NCBI GenBank assembly: GCA_028711115.1
Contig: JAQTSV010000001.1
Span: 1,368,928-1,432,927 of the forward strand
Length of the DNA: 64,000 nucleotides
Direction: 5' to 3'
From: Candidatus Omnitrophota bacterium
GTDB taxonomy: Bacteria > Omnitrophota > Gorgyraeia > Velamenicoccales > JABMQK01
Of the stretch, positions 9,712-19,495 are shown piece after piece (position 1 is the stretch's first letter; each line of letters starts with the position of its first letter). The notes under the pieces were generated by a model. The model did not search any database. It was given only the letters and a program-made list of their open reading frames with translations, and was not told where the DNA came from. The position numbers and the translations under genes are program-made.

Positions 9712-9948
9712 TCAGGCGATATTAAGCAACGACTCTATCTTTACCCTGTCGAACCCCACGACTATATTTCCGTCGATTACGACTACCGGTACGCCCATCT
9801 GGCCGGTAAGTTTTACCATTTCCTCCAAAGATGCCTTATCAGCGGAAACATCAATATTCTGAAAGCTGACATTCTTCTGCTTCAAGTATTCTTTAACCCT
9901 TATACAATAAGGACATGTTGGCGTAGAGTAAACTTTTACTTGCGCCAT
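9712..9948 (-). CDS. Glutaredoxin-like small redox protein (NrdH/YruB-type)
   Basis: VYSTPTCPYC active site and a GVPVVVIDG motif. I prefer the ATG at 9948, which has GGAGG 5 nt upstream, over the ATG at 9960. Confidence 0.8.
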   Translation of the reverse strand: MAQVKVYSTPTCPYCIRVKEYLKQKNVSFQNIDVSADKASLEEMVKLTGQMGVPVVVIDGNIVVGFDRVKIESLLNIA

Positions 9949-9965
9949 AGCTACCTCCATTTCCT

Positions 9966-10033
9966 CCCCGTACTCACGTGCGGGGTATCCGTTCGATTTT
10001 CTTTCGAAACATTCCCCACGCGTGAGCGTGGGG
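9966..10033. repeat. Pair of inverted GC-rich tetraloop hairpins (REP/BIME-like) with a central weaker palindrome
   Basis: CCCCGTAC-TCAC-GTGCGGGG at 9966-9985 and CCCCACGC-GTGA-GCGTGGGG at 10014-10033 are near reverse-complement copies. gttcga...tcgaaac lies between them. Confidence 0.6.
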
Positions 10034-10067
10034 TACCAATATTTTACTATTTTCTGACTTAGATTTT

Positions 10068-10544
10068 CTAACCCTTAAGTCTCTTAGTTAACTGTGCCAT
10101 ACGCTGCCCGAAGCGCAAACACTCTTTTTCCACTCGCTGATCGGGTTTACCAATCGATACCGGGCCGTAGTGATCACCCTGAGGATCGCCTTGAATAATC
10201 ATACCATGAATAAGCATAGCGTTCAATATATCTAAGACCGTTGTTTCGTTGCCGCCGCCGATATTAGCACTGGAGGAAAAAGCTGCGCCGATTTTGCCGT
10301 CTAATTCACCGTGATGCGAAACGCTGTCATCGAATAACTTCTTTAAAGGTGCTGCCATTGTACCGTAATAGACAGGAGAACCCATGATAATCGCATCTGC
10401 GCCGAGCAAATCCTCTACGCCGGTATCTTTAACATCTTGCAAAACCACATCCAGTTTTTCTTTTTCCACTCCGCTCTTTATCAGTTCCGCCATTTTCTTG
10501 GTATTTCCGCTTTTCGAATAATAAACAATCAACACCTTAGCCAT
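10068..10544 (-). CDS. Flavodoxin-fold FMN protein (WrbA/flavodoxin family)
   Basis: MAKVLIVYYSKSGNTKKMAE and GSPVYYGTMAAPLK motifs. The start is set at the ATG at 10544, which has GGGAGGA 5 nt upstream. Confidence 0.75.
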   Translation of the reverse strand: MAKVLIVYYSKSGNTKKMAELIKSGVEKEKLDVVLQDVKDTGVEDLLGADAIIMGSPVYYGTMAAPLKKLFDDSVSHHGELDGKIGAAFSSSANIGGGNETTVLDILNAMLIHGMIIQGDPQGDHYGPVSIGKPDQRVEKECLRFGQRMAQLTKRLKG

Positions 10545-10593
10545 AAAATCCTCCCGTGTTTGTCTGTGAGAAAATTTCTCAATCAATTTATAA

Positions 10594-11343
10594 TTATTTC
10601 ATTATTACCAGCGACATCTGCCTGCCGCATGATTCTTTTTCTCTGCGATAAGAAAAGAATTTGTCGTTCTGGCAAGAAGTGCAAATTCCTGAATCAAAAA
10701 TATTGTTCTCTGGCACGCCGGACTCTTTTAACTGCCAAGAATTTATTTCTGCCAAATCCAGATATATTTTATCTTTTTCTCTTGTGATGCCTCTTTTAAA
10801 ATAGTTTAAGAATTCTTCTCCCACCTCGTAACAACACTTTCTTATCGCCGGACCAAAAAATACAGCTATATCCCTGGGTTGAGTTTCAAAAACCTGATGC
10901 ATAATGAAAATAGTTTTTTTCACAATGGATTTTTTTGTGCTTTTCCATCCGGCATGCACCAAGGCAATGACATTTTTCTTTTTATCGATAATAAAAACCG
11001 ACAGACAATCCGCCGTAAAAACCGACAATGCGATATCCTTTTCATTTGTGATTACTGCGTCGGTTTCGCTGATCGCCTCGGTATATCTTACTGCCCCTCT
11101 CCCCTTGTCGTCTTTCTTGGCAATATAGACATTATCTGCGTGCACCTGCTGCAGGCAGACAAGCTGTTCCAATTTCAGATTGAGCCGTGATAAAACGCAC
11201 TGGCGGTTATCTTTCATCAGGGATTCCGGCTGATTGACAAATCCCAGATTCAATTCACGGTTTGTAAATATGGCGTTTATATTTTTGGGGGCATTCTGGA
11301 ATTGATAAAAAAGGCCGGACTGTTTAAGAATAGCTCTCTGCAT
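10594..11343 (-). CDS. pgeF: YfiH/PgeF family (DUF152) purine nucleoside phosphorylase / peptidoglycan editing factor
   Basis: VHADNV, FTADCLSVFI and ALVHAGWKS motifs. Confidence 0.8.
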   Translation of the reverse strand: MQRAILKQSGLFYQFQNAPKNINAIFTNRELNLGFVNQPESLMKDNRQCVLSRLNLKLEQLVCLQQVHADNVYIAKKDDKGRGAVRYTEAISETDAVITNEKDIALSVFTADCLSVFIIDKKKNVIALVHAGWKSTKKSIVKKTIFIMHQVFETQPRDIAVFFGPAIRKCCYEVGEEFLNYFKRGITREKDKIYLDLAEINSWQLKESGVPENNIFDSGICTSCQNDKFFSYRREKESCGRQMSLVIMK

Positions 11344-11352
11344 GCAGAAGAA

Positions 11353-11586
11353 TTAACGGTTTGGTATCTCGATGACTTTATCCCTGGAATGCTGTCCGCT
11401 GATAATATTTATGTCGTACTTCTTTACGTTTAAAAATTTACTGAGCAGATTTACGAAAGCAACGTTTGCCTTTCCCTTTTCCGCGGGGCTGGTAACGTAA
11501 ACCCTTAATCCGTTCTTTGTTTCTTTGACCAAATTCTTTTTTGCCTTGGGTATGACCTTGATATTGATTATCGTTGTTTTGTTCAC
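11353..11586 (-). CDS. DUF167 (YggU) family protein
   Basis: 77 aa with PKAKKN...V..PAEKGKAN..FVNLLSKFL pattern. Confidence 0.65.
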   Translation of the reverse strand: MNKTTIINIKVIPKAKKNLVKETKNGLRVYVTSPAEKGKANVAFVNLLSKFLNVKKYDINIISGQHSRDKVIEIPNR

Positions 11587-11595
11587 TCTGTCTTT

Positions 11596-11886
11596 CTACC
11601 GCGCCTGCCTATATGCATCCACAATGCTATATATCCCCAGAACGCAGATTAAAATTAATCCCACAATCAATAAACCAATCCCGCTCCACAATAACTGTAA
11701 AATTACCTGTTGCCTAAACCAAACATAAATCAGCGCTGCGCCTAACACCACAAGCAATAAACTCAAACCCGTAAAAAATATTATGATTAAGCCTTTTACG
11801 ATATGGCCGTTATATAATTGCCCCAATCCGCTGAATACAAAAGATAAAACCGCTGCTGTGCCGGAATGATTTTTTTCGTCTTTCAT
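11596..11886 (-). CDS. Small integral membrane protein (GLGQLYNG motif), function unknown
   Basis: 96 aa with 3 predicted hydrophobic helices. It directly abuts the rmuC stop. Confidence 0.5.
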   Translation of the reverse strand: MKDEKNHSGTAAVLSFVFSGLGQLYNGHIVKGLIIIFFTGLSLLLVVLGAALIYVWFRQQVILQLLWSGIGLLIVGLILICVLGIYSIVDAYRQAR

Positions 11887-12858
11887 TTATTCGACCAATT
11901 TTGTTTGCGTTTGTCCTGAAATCAATTTATCCGAGAATCTGTCCAGCCTCTTCTCCGCTTCTTCGTATTTTGTCTTGGCATTGGAAATGTGTCCGCCTAC
12001 CAAACGAAAATCTTCTTTAAATTTATTTAAATCCACCTGCAACCTAGACAGATGCTCAATAACCTGTTTTGCATTTTTCTCGATAGCCAGACCTTTGAGC
12101 CCGCGCAAAATAACCATTAAATACGGATACAAAGAATGCGGCGACACAGGAATGACTTTTTTATTCAATGCATAGGAATGGATACTTTTCTGATCTTTTT
12201 CCTGGATGTCTTTTAAAATTGACTCATAATAAACATTCTCTGCCGGTATATACATAAGCGCAAAATCGTAAGTCCCTTCGTCGGGCAATATATATTTTAA
12301 TGCGATTTCATCTATCCTGTTCTGCACATCACGCACAAATTGGCGGCGGTTGGTCTTCTTTTCTTCTTCGCTTTGAGACTCCACCATCCTGTTAAAACTT
12401 TCCAAAGGGAACTTGGCATCAATGGCGACTAAATTATTGCCTATTTTTATTACTGCGTCCGCCTTGGTGCCATTTTTAAACGAATACTGAGTACTAAAAA
12501 AATCCTTGGGCATAATTTGAGAGAGCAGATTCTCCAATGAGAATTCTCCTATCCCGCCTCTAAACTTAGGTGCCCGGAATAAATCCTGCAGGCTGGAAAT
12601 ATCCTTAGAAATCTCCAGGACCTGCTTATAGGTTTCTTCCATCCTCACCAAACTCTTTTCTACGTCAGAAATTTTATTTAACCGGTCTGTTACGTCTCTT
12701 TGAGTTTTAAGCAGGGTGTCTGTATTGTCCTTAAGGCGCTCATTTAACTGTTGTGTGATGGCATTAAGCTGGGTATTAAGCTGAAAGGATAATTTGAAGA
12801 CCAAAACCAAAATCAGCGCAAAACCTAAAACAAATAATACTATAGCGGCTGTTAACAT
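11887..12858 (-). CDS. rmuC: DNA recombination protein RmuC
   Basis: N-terminal TM segment plus coiled coil, then the AVIKIGNNLVAIDAKFP and YALMYIPAE motifs of the RmuC nuclease-like domain. Confidence 0.8.
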   Translation of the reverse strand: MLTAAIVLFVLGFALILVLVFKLSFQLNTQLNAITQQLNERLKDNTDTLLKTQRDVTDRLNKISDVEKSLVRMEETYKQVLEISKDISSLQDLFRAPKFRGGIGEFSLENLLSQIMPKDFFSTQYSFKNGTKADAVIKIGNNLVAIDAKFPLESFNRMVESQSEEEKKTNRRQFVRDVQNRIDEIALKYILPDEGTYDFALMYIPAENVYYESILKDIQEKDQKSIHSYALNKKVIPVSPHSLYPYLMVILRGLKGLAIEKNAKQVIEHLSRLQVDLNKFKEDFRLVGGHISNAKTKYEEAEKRLDRFSDKLISGQTQTKLVE

Positions 12859-12914
12859 AATTTTATTATAGCTCTTTTCCGGGTTAGTTTAAATACATTT
12901 AATCAGACTATCGG

Positions 12915-13640
12915 CTAAAGCAGGTATTCTCTCTTTATTCTCTGCAGGCTACGGAAAATGTTTGTCTTAAACTGAGGAGACATCTTTTCGAACTGCTTAA
13001 TCAACTTTGCCGTCTGGTTGCGTTGTGTCTTGCCGGCATTGGGGCACTGACAATGCACAATGGGAAAATTATTCTCTTTGGCAAAACGCTGGCATTCTTT
13101 CTCCTCTAAATAAGCCAGCGGCCTTATAAGTACAATTTTTCCTTTGAATAACTCCTGGCGTGGAGACATTGCGCTTATCTCGCCCTGAAAGATTAAATTT
13201 AACAAAAATGTCTGGACAATGTCATCCTTATGATGTCCTAGAGCTATTTTTCTGCAGCCTAACTTTGCCGCGGTTTCAAAAAGCGCCTTGCGTCTGTTCC
13301 AGGAACACCAGAAACAATTTATCTTGTCGCGGCTGGTATTTTTCAGAATGTCTACTTTCTTAAAATGATAACTGTAGCCGTTATCTTTGAGATATTTTTC
13401 CAAAATTTTCGGATGGATACATTTATAACCCATATCCACATGCGTAACCACCAGCTCATATTTTATGGGCGTGAATGCGCGGCGCTGCTCCAAAATCTTA
13501 AGCAGCGTCATGCTGTCTTTTCCGCCGGAGACAGCCACCAGAATCTTATCCCCGTCCTCAAGCATCTTATAATCCATAATCGCCTTGCCGACTTTTTTGG
13601 AAAGGAAATAAGAAAATCCCTCTGGTTTCTCTTTTTTCAT
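12915..13640 (-). CDS. ttcA: PP-loop ATPase, tRNA 2-thiocytidine synthase TtcA family
   Basis: VAVSGGKDS PP-loop, CFWCSWNRR and HCQCPNAG cysteine motifs. Confidence 0.75.
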   Translation of the reverse strand: MKKEKPEGFSYFLSKKVGKAIMDYKMLEDGDKILVAVSGGKDSMTLLKILEQRRAFTPIKYELVVTHVDMGYKCIHPKILEKYLKDNGYSYHFKKVDILKNTSRDKINCFWCSWNRRKALFETAAKLGCRKIALGHHKDDIVQTFLLNLIFQGEISAMSPRQELFKGKIVLIRPLAYLEEKECQRFAKENNFPIVHCQCPNAGKTQRNQTAKLIKQFEKMSPQFKTNIFRSLQRIKREYLL

Positions 13641-13665
13641 TTGTGTATTAGTCCTGGAAATATTT

Positions 13666-13914
13666 TTATCTATAGCGCAGGGTCTGAATTACCACAAGAC
13701 TGAAGAAAATAATATTTACGATGCTGTATGTTTTAAAAACAATATCCTTCGATGCAAGCGCCGAAGGAAACATTAAAATCAAACAGACAAAAACACCAAA
13801 AGCCCAAAATAGGCTTATGTCTTTTGACGACTTCCTCTTGGCGATTCTTACAATCAAAGGAATATTCCAGAAAGGCATAATTACTGCTGCGATAAGGCCT
13901 ATAATCTTAATCAT
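13666..13914 (-). CDS. PQ-loop / SemiSWEET-like 3-TM membrane protein
   Basis: 82 aa with three hydrophobic helices. [19 protein letters not shown] resembles the PQ-loop motif, with PL in place of PQ. Confidence 0.45.
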   Translation of the reverse strand: MIKIIGLIAAVIMPFWNIPLIVRIAKRKSSKDISLFWAFGVFVCLILMFPSALASKDIVFKTYSIVNIIFFSLVVIQTLRYR

Positions 13915-14849
13915 TTTGACTCCCTGAATTTCTTATAGTCTGCCAAAACGTCTTGGTGGTCAAAGGCGAGTTTAAAGTTTTTAATTTCGTCCAAAGATAT
14001 GATTTTTGCATTCTGGGCATCGTCTCCGGCCTTGGGCCTGCCTTTTGCCTTGGCGACAAACACCGTTGTCACTGTGTGAAAACGCGGATCACGACTGGGG
14101 TCGGAATACGTGTGCATCTGCTCTAAATCATAGATATCCAAACTTGTTTCTTCTTTTGCCTCGCGTATGGCACAGGCCTCTAAAGTTTCTCCGTAATCAA
14201 CAAATCCGCCGGGAATTGCCCAACCGAATGGCGGATTGGAACGTTCAATCAAAACAATACCGCCTTCAACTTCAATAATTATATCCACGGTGATAAACGG
14301 TCCTTGCGATAATTTATTCTGTATGTATTCCACATAACCCAGGGCATATTTTTTGAATTCACTGAATGCCTCGTCGTCGTATAAGACAAAAATAATTTCT
14401 TCTATTGGGTTGGAATCGTATTTGGCATGCCTTAAAACTTCCTGCGCCATAATTTTTGCCGCTGCCTTAAGCGGAAAACCTCCCACCCCGCAACCCAAGG
14501 CAGGAAAGGCAATGGACTTGAGTTTTAATTTCTGGGCAAGCCTTAAAGAATTGGCACAGGACTGGCGGATTTTTGTTTCATCGGTTGCAAAATCCATGCC
14601 CATAGTGGCTGCGTGAATTACATATTTTGCCTTTAAACTTCCTGCACCGGTTTCAACTGCCTCGCCGATTTTTATCGGACCTTTTTTTACTGCTTCATCT
14701 TCAATAACCTTTCCGCCTTTTTTGCGGATTACGCCGGCCACTCCGCCGCCCATAACTAATTTATTGTTTGCGGCATTGACAATGGCACCAACTTCCAATT
14801 CCGTAATGTCGCCTTTTATAATTTTTAGTTCGGTATTTTTTATCTTCAT
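13911..14849 (-). CDS. Macro domain (MacroD-type) fused to a Nudix hydrolase
   Basis: N-terminus has [27 protein letters not shown] and [12 protein letters not shown]-terminus has a Nudix box [24 protein letters not shown]. Confidence 0.85.
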   Translation of the reverse strand: MKIKNTELKIIKGDITELEVGAIVNAANNKLVMGGGVAGVIRKKGGKVIEDEAVKKGPIKIGEAVETGAGSLKAKYVIHAATMGMDFATDETKIRQSCANSLRLAQKLKLKSIAFPALGCGVGGFPLKAAAKIMAQEVLRHAKYDSNPIEEIIFVLYDDEAFSEFKKYALGYVEYIQNKLSQGPFITVDIIIEVEGGIVLIERSNPPFGWAIPGGFVDYGETLEACAIREAKEETSLDIYDLEQMHTYSDPSRDPRFHTVTTVFVAKAKGRPKAGDDAQNAKIISLDEIKNFKLAFDHQDVLADYKKFRESK

Positions 14850-16279
14850 TTTTTATTACCTTTACCGGCTATTTTCTTCGCCAAGTCCAAGGCCTGTTGT
14901 TTTGTCTTTACCTTGCCTTCGGCCTGCGACTCTTCAATTTCCTGTAAAATATTTTTAAATAACGGCGAAGGCGCAAGCTTTAATTTCTTTATCAAATCGT
15001 CTCCGTTAATCAAGCGCACAAATTTCTTTTCTTTCTGCCGCCTGAAATATTCCTTAATCAATTCAAATGCTACTTTTTCATGCTTGCGGCGTGATTCCAG
15101 CGACGCCAAAGGGCCCCTGGTGGCTCTTTGATCAGATATGGATAGTAAAAGTATGCTCAGCGCTTCGCTGCCAGCATCGCGAAAATACCTGAATTTCGCG
15201 CGCTCGGTTACATTTTTGTTATCCGCCAGATATCCCGGCCGCAGGTGCCAAAATATCATCGTATCAATGGCGAATTTTTCCTTGGTAGACAATTTTAAGC
15301 GTTCTGAAATCGCGTCGGCAATATCGCGGCCGATTCTTTCGTGGCCGTGGAAACGTGTCTTACCTTCCTTTACCTCAAGCGCCTTGGGCTTACCTATATC
15401 GTGCAATATACAGACCAGTTTTATCAGTTGCCTTCTTTTTCTCTCGCCGCCGATTTTCTCATCAAGATAAGAATTCAGCTCTTTATCCTGTTTTAATTCG
15501 ATAAATAAAATCTCCAGCTGCCTTAAAGTCTCCAGAGAATGTTCCCAGACATCCAAATGGTGGTAGGGACCCTGTTTTATACTGCGCATCAATTCAATCT
15601 GCGGAATTATGCGTGACAAAATTCTCGTCTCATCTAACAATTTAATATACTTCGTGGTCTCGGATGTATCCAGAATCTTAAACAACTCATCGCGCATCCT
15701 TTCTCCGGCGACATCCAGTAATTTGTCTTTGGATTTTTTTGCCAAAGACATAGTCTTTTTTTCAATCTGAAATTTAAATATAGCGGACAGACTGAACACG
15801 CGCAGTATCCTTAAATAATCCTCCTCAAAACTTTTATGCGAAGTAATTTTAATCAGACCTTTTTTCAGATCATCTAGCGCACCGTGATAATCAATCAGCG
15901 ACTTCTTCAGATCTTTTCCTGCAGGCAGCTTCAGCGCCAAGGTGTTAATTGTAAAATCGCGGTGCAATAGATCGTCTTTTAAGTCCTTGCCGCGAAAATC
16001 CGTGAAATCCAGAGTGCAATCCTTATAAATCACACGCGCGCAGCCGTGCTCTTTATCCAAAACCACGAATCCGCTCTTTGTCTGTCTGGCAAATTCCCTG
16101 GCCAGACCAATCGCGTCTTTATCCACGGCAAAATCCAGGTCCAATTTTTCCCTTCTTCTGTCGATAACGCTGTCTCTTAAAAAACCGCCCACAAGATAAA
16201 GCTGATTTTTTCTTTTTTTACTTATGGAAATTATCCTGGAGAGAAAATCCTCTTTTATTATTTCAGTAAGGTATCTCAT
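14846..16279 (-). CDS. cca: tRNA nucleotidyltransferase (CCA-adding)/poly(A) polymerase family with HD domain
   Basis: [10 protein letters not shown]...DLDFAV head domain, RDFTIN motif, and C-terminal LHDIGKP HD motif. Confidence 0.85.
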   Translation of the reverse strand: MRYLTEIIKEDFLSRIISISKKRKNQLYLVGGFLRDSVIDRRREKLDLDFAVDKDAIGLAREFARQTKSGFVVLDKEHGCARVIYKDCTLDFTDFRGKDLKDDLLHRDFTINTLALKLPAGKDLKKSLIDYHGALDDLKKGLIKITSHKSFEEDYLRILRVFSLSAIFKFQIEKKTMSLAKKSKDKLLDVAGERMRDELFKILDTSETTKYIKLLDETRILSRIIPQIELMRSIKQGPYHHLDVWEHSLETLRQLEILFIELKQDKELNSYLDEKIGGERKRRQLIKLVCILHDIGKPKALEVKEGKTRFHGHERIGRDIADAISERLKLSTKEKFAIDTMIFWHLRPGYLADNKNVTERAKFRYFRDAGSEALSILLLSISDQRATRGPLASLESRRKHEKVAFELIKEYFRRQKEKKFVRLINGDDLIKKLKLAPSPLFKNILQEIEESQAEGKVKTKQQALDLAKKIAGKGNKK

Positions 16280-16287
16280 GGAATGTA

Positions 16288-16764
16288 TTACAACCTGTGG
16301 ATTTTTACGGTATCGCCTATCAAATCAAAAATAGCAACGCTGGATTTACCGCTCAGCCAGCCACCGCACTCGCCGGGATTCACAAACCAGGTATGACCGC
16401 GCTTTTCGATACTGTCTTTATGCGTGTGCCCGGAAATTATAATATCGTAATGTGAAAAATCAATTCTTGCTTTGCTGATGTCGTGAGTGAGAAAAATTTT
16501 ACGGCTGAATTTATCCAGCTCCAAAAAATCATTGCTGATTTTTCCCTGCGAGTTTTTGGTTAAGCCCTTTTTTTCGCCGTCGTTATTTCCGAAAACGCCC
16601 AGATATTCGCACTTTAAATTATTTTCCATCATCACTACTGAAAACGGGGCGATATAATCTCCGGCATGTAACACCAAATTCACATTTTTTTTATTAAACA
16701 AGGAAATCGCCTTCTTCAGCTTGGGAATATTGTCGTGGCTATCTGAAATTATTCCTAATATCAT
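16288..16764 (-). CDS. YfcE/MJ0936-family metallophosphoesterase
   Basis: ISDSHDN, HAGD, GNND and GHTH metal-binding motifs in order. Confidence 0.8.
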   Translation of the reverse strand: MILGIISDSHDNIPKLKKAISLFNKKNVNLVLHAGDYIAPFSVVMMENNLKCEYLGVFGNNDGEKKGLTKNSQGKISNDFLELDKFSRKIFLTHDISKARIDFSHYDIIISGHTHKDSIEKRGHTWFVNPGECGGWLSGKSSVAIFDLIGDTVKIHRL

Positions 16765-17174
16765 TTCTCGGGAGGATTAAATATCTCTGAATTATTCAAG
16801 ACTTCCTCTTCCACAAAAATCGGGGATTTTGTCCTTACGGCCAAGGCAATACTGTCTGAAGGGCGGGCATCTATATATTTAACCTGACTATCGCCGGTAT
16901 TTATGACCAGCTTGGCGTGAAATGTATTGTCTAATATTTTATCCACAATTACTTTTTCCAATTTTGCGCCCAGATTATCAATTAAATTCTTGAGCAAATC
17001 GTGAGTCAGCGGCCGCGGAGGATTTACACCGCCCACCTCCATCTTTATGGCCATGGCCTCCAATAATCCGATGATGATAGGCAGTATACGCTGGCCGTTT
17101 TTTTCCTTTAAAACAATTACCTGTTCCTGCCTTTTCTCATCGATGATAATTTTATTTAATTCCATTTCTACCAT
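16761..17174 (-). CDS. Bifunctional nuclease (DUF151/BFN) family protein
   Basis: ILPIIIG...E.A..., RPLTHDL and DARPSDSIALAVR motifs. Confidence 0.75.
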   Translation of the reverse strand: MVEMELNKIIIDEKRQEQVIVLKEKNGQRILPIIIGLLEAMAIKMEVGGVNPPRPLTHDLLKNLIDNLGAKLEKVIVDKILDNTFHAKLVINTGDSQVKYIDARPSDSIALAVRTKSPIFVEEEVLNNSEIFNPPEK

Positions 17175-17657
17175 CTATTTTCTCCCCACAAAAGAATTGT
17201 CGTATTTCTTACCCAGCATGCCTTTCAATTCATTCATAAACTGATTTACGTCTTTAAATTGCCGGTACACCGAGGCAAACCTCACATAGGCCACGTCGTC
17301 TAACTTCGCCAATCTTTCCATAACCAGCTCGCCGATATCTCGCGATTTCACCTCTTTGTCAAACTTTTTGGCTATCTGGCTTTCTACGGCGGTGACGATG
17401 GCCTCCATTTTATCCAGACTAATCGGCCTTTTTTCACAGGCCTTTATAACACCGGAAAGAATTTTCTTCCTGTCAAACTGCTCTCTGCGCCCGTCTTTCT
17501 TAATCACCAATAACGATGTGTTTTCCACATACTCGTGAGTCGTATAGCGCTCTTTGCACTTCAAGCATTCGCGGCGCCTGCGGATAGATTTTCCGTCCCT
17601 GCTCAGGCGCGAATCGATAACCTTATCTTCTTTGTGTGAACAGAAAGGGCACTTCAT
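17175..17657 (-). CDS. nrdR: Transcriptional repressor NrdR
   Basis: MKCPFC...CLKC zinc ribbon, followed by an ATP-cone (VIKKDGRREQFDRKKI). Confidence 0.95.
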   Translation of the reverse strand: MKCPFCSHKEDKVIDSRLSRDGKSIRRRRECLKCKERYTTHEYVENTSLLVIKKDGRREQFDRKKILSGVIKACEKRPISLDKMEAIVTAVESQIAKKFDKEVKSRDIGELVMERLAKLDDVAYVRFASVYRQFKDVNQFMNELKGMLGKKYDNSFVGRK

Positions 17658-17668
17658 TTTAGCAAGGA

Positions 17669-17778
17669 GTAACTGGTAACTCGTAACTAGTAAATCTCAC
17701 TATTAATTCCTTAATGGATAATTTTTATAAAATTGTACTGAAAAAATTACGAATTACTAGTTACTGTTTACGGTTTAC
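17669..17778. repeat. Two inverted arrays of 7-nt-periodic repeats: (GTAACnn)x4 at 17669-17693 and (TTACnnn)x5 at 17747-17778
   Basis: The plus strand reads GTAACTG GTAACTC GTAACTA GTAA, then a 53-nt AT-rich spacer, then TTACGAA TTACTAG TTACTGT TTACGGT TTAC. The 11-bp cores GTAACTAGTAA and TTACTAGTTAC are perfectly complementary. Confidence 0.7.
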
Positions 17779-18248
17779 TTTTTTATCGTTCTTACTTTGA
17801 TGCCTGCTTCCCTGAAGAAATCTCTGGCCATTTTATCGGGATAGCCGTCGGCAACAACTATTTCTTTTATGCCTGCGTTAATCAGCATCTTGGCGCAAAT
17901 AACACAGGGTTGGTTTGTGCAGTAAAGAATACTGTCTTTTACAGAAATCCCATAAAGTGCGGCCTGTAATAAAATATTCTGCTCGGCATGCAGGCCGCGG
18001 CAGAGTTCATGGCGTTCACCGGAGGGAATCTTAAGTTTATCTCTCAGGCATCCAGTTTGGTCGCAATGTTTAATCTTGGAAGGCGTGCCATTGTATCCCG
18101 TGGCCAGAATACGCCTGTCTTTGACAATTATTGCACCGACTTTTCTTCTAAGACAGGTGGATCTGGTGGAGATTAAACGCGCAGTGTCTATAAAATACTC
18201 ATCCCAGGAAGGACGCTGATTTTTTTTATGTTTTTTCATTCTTTCCAT
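17775..18248 (-). CDS. Deoxycytidylate (dCMP) deaminase, ComEB-type
   Basis: [10 protein letters not shown] and [18 protein letters not shown] zinc-binding motifs. Confidence 0.9.
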   Translation of the reverse strand: MERMKKHKKNQRPSWDEYFIDTARLISTRSTCLRRKVGAIIVKDRRILATGYNGTPSKIKHCDQTGCLRDKLKIPSGERHELCRGLHAEQNILLQAALYGISVKDSILYCTNQPCVICAKMLINAGIKEIVVADGYPDKMARDFFREAGIKVRTIKK

Positions 18249-19495
18249 AGCTCCGGATATAAGGGAAATTCTTCGGTTATTTTATCCACCTCTTTAATTA
18301 CTTTACTTACCTCTGAATCCTTATCGTCTGCGCTAAGCACTCTATCAATAAGAGAAGCAATAATTTCCATTTGTTTTACCTTCATGCCTCTGGTAGTGAC
18401 TGCTGGTGTGCCTAAACGCATTCCGCTGGTCACTGCCGGACCCTGTTTATCAAAAGGGATGAGGTTTTTATTGACGGTTATGTGTGCTTTATCCAGCCAT
18501 TGCGCAGCATCTTTACCGGTGATATCTTTACTGCTTAAATCCACCAGCAATAAATGCGTATCTGTACTGCCGGAAACTATCCTGAGGCCTGATTTACTTA
18601 ATGATTGTGCCAGGGCCTTGGCATTTTCCACAACCTGCTTTTGATATATCTTGAACTTCTCGGTCATTGCCTCTTTTAAACTCACAGCCTTGGCTGCGAT
18701 GACATGCATTAAAGGCCCGCCTTGTATGCCGGGAAATATTATGCTGTCAATTTTCTTAGCGTAATCTTTTTTACAGAATATTATTCCGCCGCGCGGGCCG
18801 CGCAGGGTCTTGTGTGTAGTAGTAGTAACAAAATCCGCATAAGGAATGGGAGACGGATGTATCCCCGCTGCCACAAGGCCGGCAATATGGGCCATATCCA
18901 CAAACAAATACGCGCCCACCGAATCCGCTATCTGCCTGAATTTCTTAAAATCAATCGTGCGCGGATATGCGGATGCGCCGGCCAAAATCAGCTTGGGCCT
19001 GTGTTTTTTAGCAAGGTGTTCGATTTCGCTATAATCCAGTGTCTCTGTTTCTTTATCTACTCCGTAATAAACAAAATTATAAAACATGCCGGAGAAATTA
19101 TGCTGCAGGCCGTGCGACAAATGGCCGCCACAGGCCAAGTCCATCGCCAAAACAGTATCGCCCTGTTTCAACACGGCAAAATAAATAGCCATGTTCGCCT
19201 GCGTGCCGGAATGCGGCTGGACATTGGCGTGTTCTGCCTTAAATAATTTCTTTGCCCTTTCGATAGCCAGCGTTTCTGCACCGTCGACATTTGTGCAGCC
19301 GCCGTACCAGCGCGCAGAAGGATAACCTTCTGCATACTTATTGGTCAACACAGAACCCTGCGCCTCCAACACCGCCAGGGAAGTAAAATTCTCGCTGGCA
19401 ATCAGCTCGATATTTTTGTGCTGGCGCAGAATTTCTTTTTTGATAATTTCGAAAATTTCCGGGTCCGAATCCTTAAGATAACTTACGTTACACAC
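18236..19495 (-). CDS. glyA: Serine hydroxymethyltransferase
   Basis: IELIASENF, and the [17 protein letters not shown]-lysine motif. Confidence 0.97.
   Translation of the reverse strand: MCNVSYLKDSDPEIFEIIKKEILRQHKNIELIASENFTSLAVLEAQGSVLTNKYAEGYPSARWYGGCTNVDGAETLAIERAKKLFKAEHANVQPHSGTQANMAIYFAVLKQGDTVLAMDLACGGHLSHGLQHNFSGMFYNFVYYGVDKETETLDYSEIEHLAKKHRPKLILAGASAYPRTIDFKKFRQIADSVGAYLFVDMAHIAGLVAAGIHPSPIPYADFVTTTTHKTLRGPRGGIIFCKKDYAKKIDSIIFPGIQGGPLMHVIAAKAVSLKEAMTEKFKIYQKQVVENAKALAQSLSKSGLRIVSGSTDTHLLLVDLSSKDITGKDAAQWLDKAHITVNKNLIPFDKQGPAVTSGMRLGTPAVTTRGMKVKQMEIIASLIDRVLSADDKDSEVSKVIKEVDKITEEFPLYPELWKE

Noticed and set aside
17658-17774. NrdR boxes in front of nrdR
   Set aside because: The repeats present are GTAAC/TTAC heptads. 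They are not the ~16-bp palindromic NrdR-box pattern I recall. They are reported separately as an unexplained repeat.
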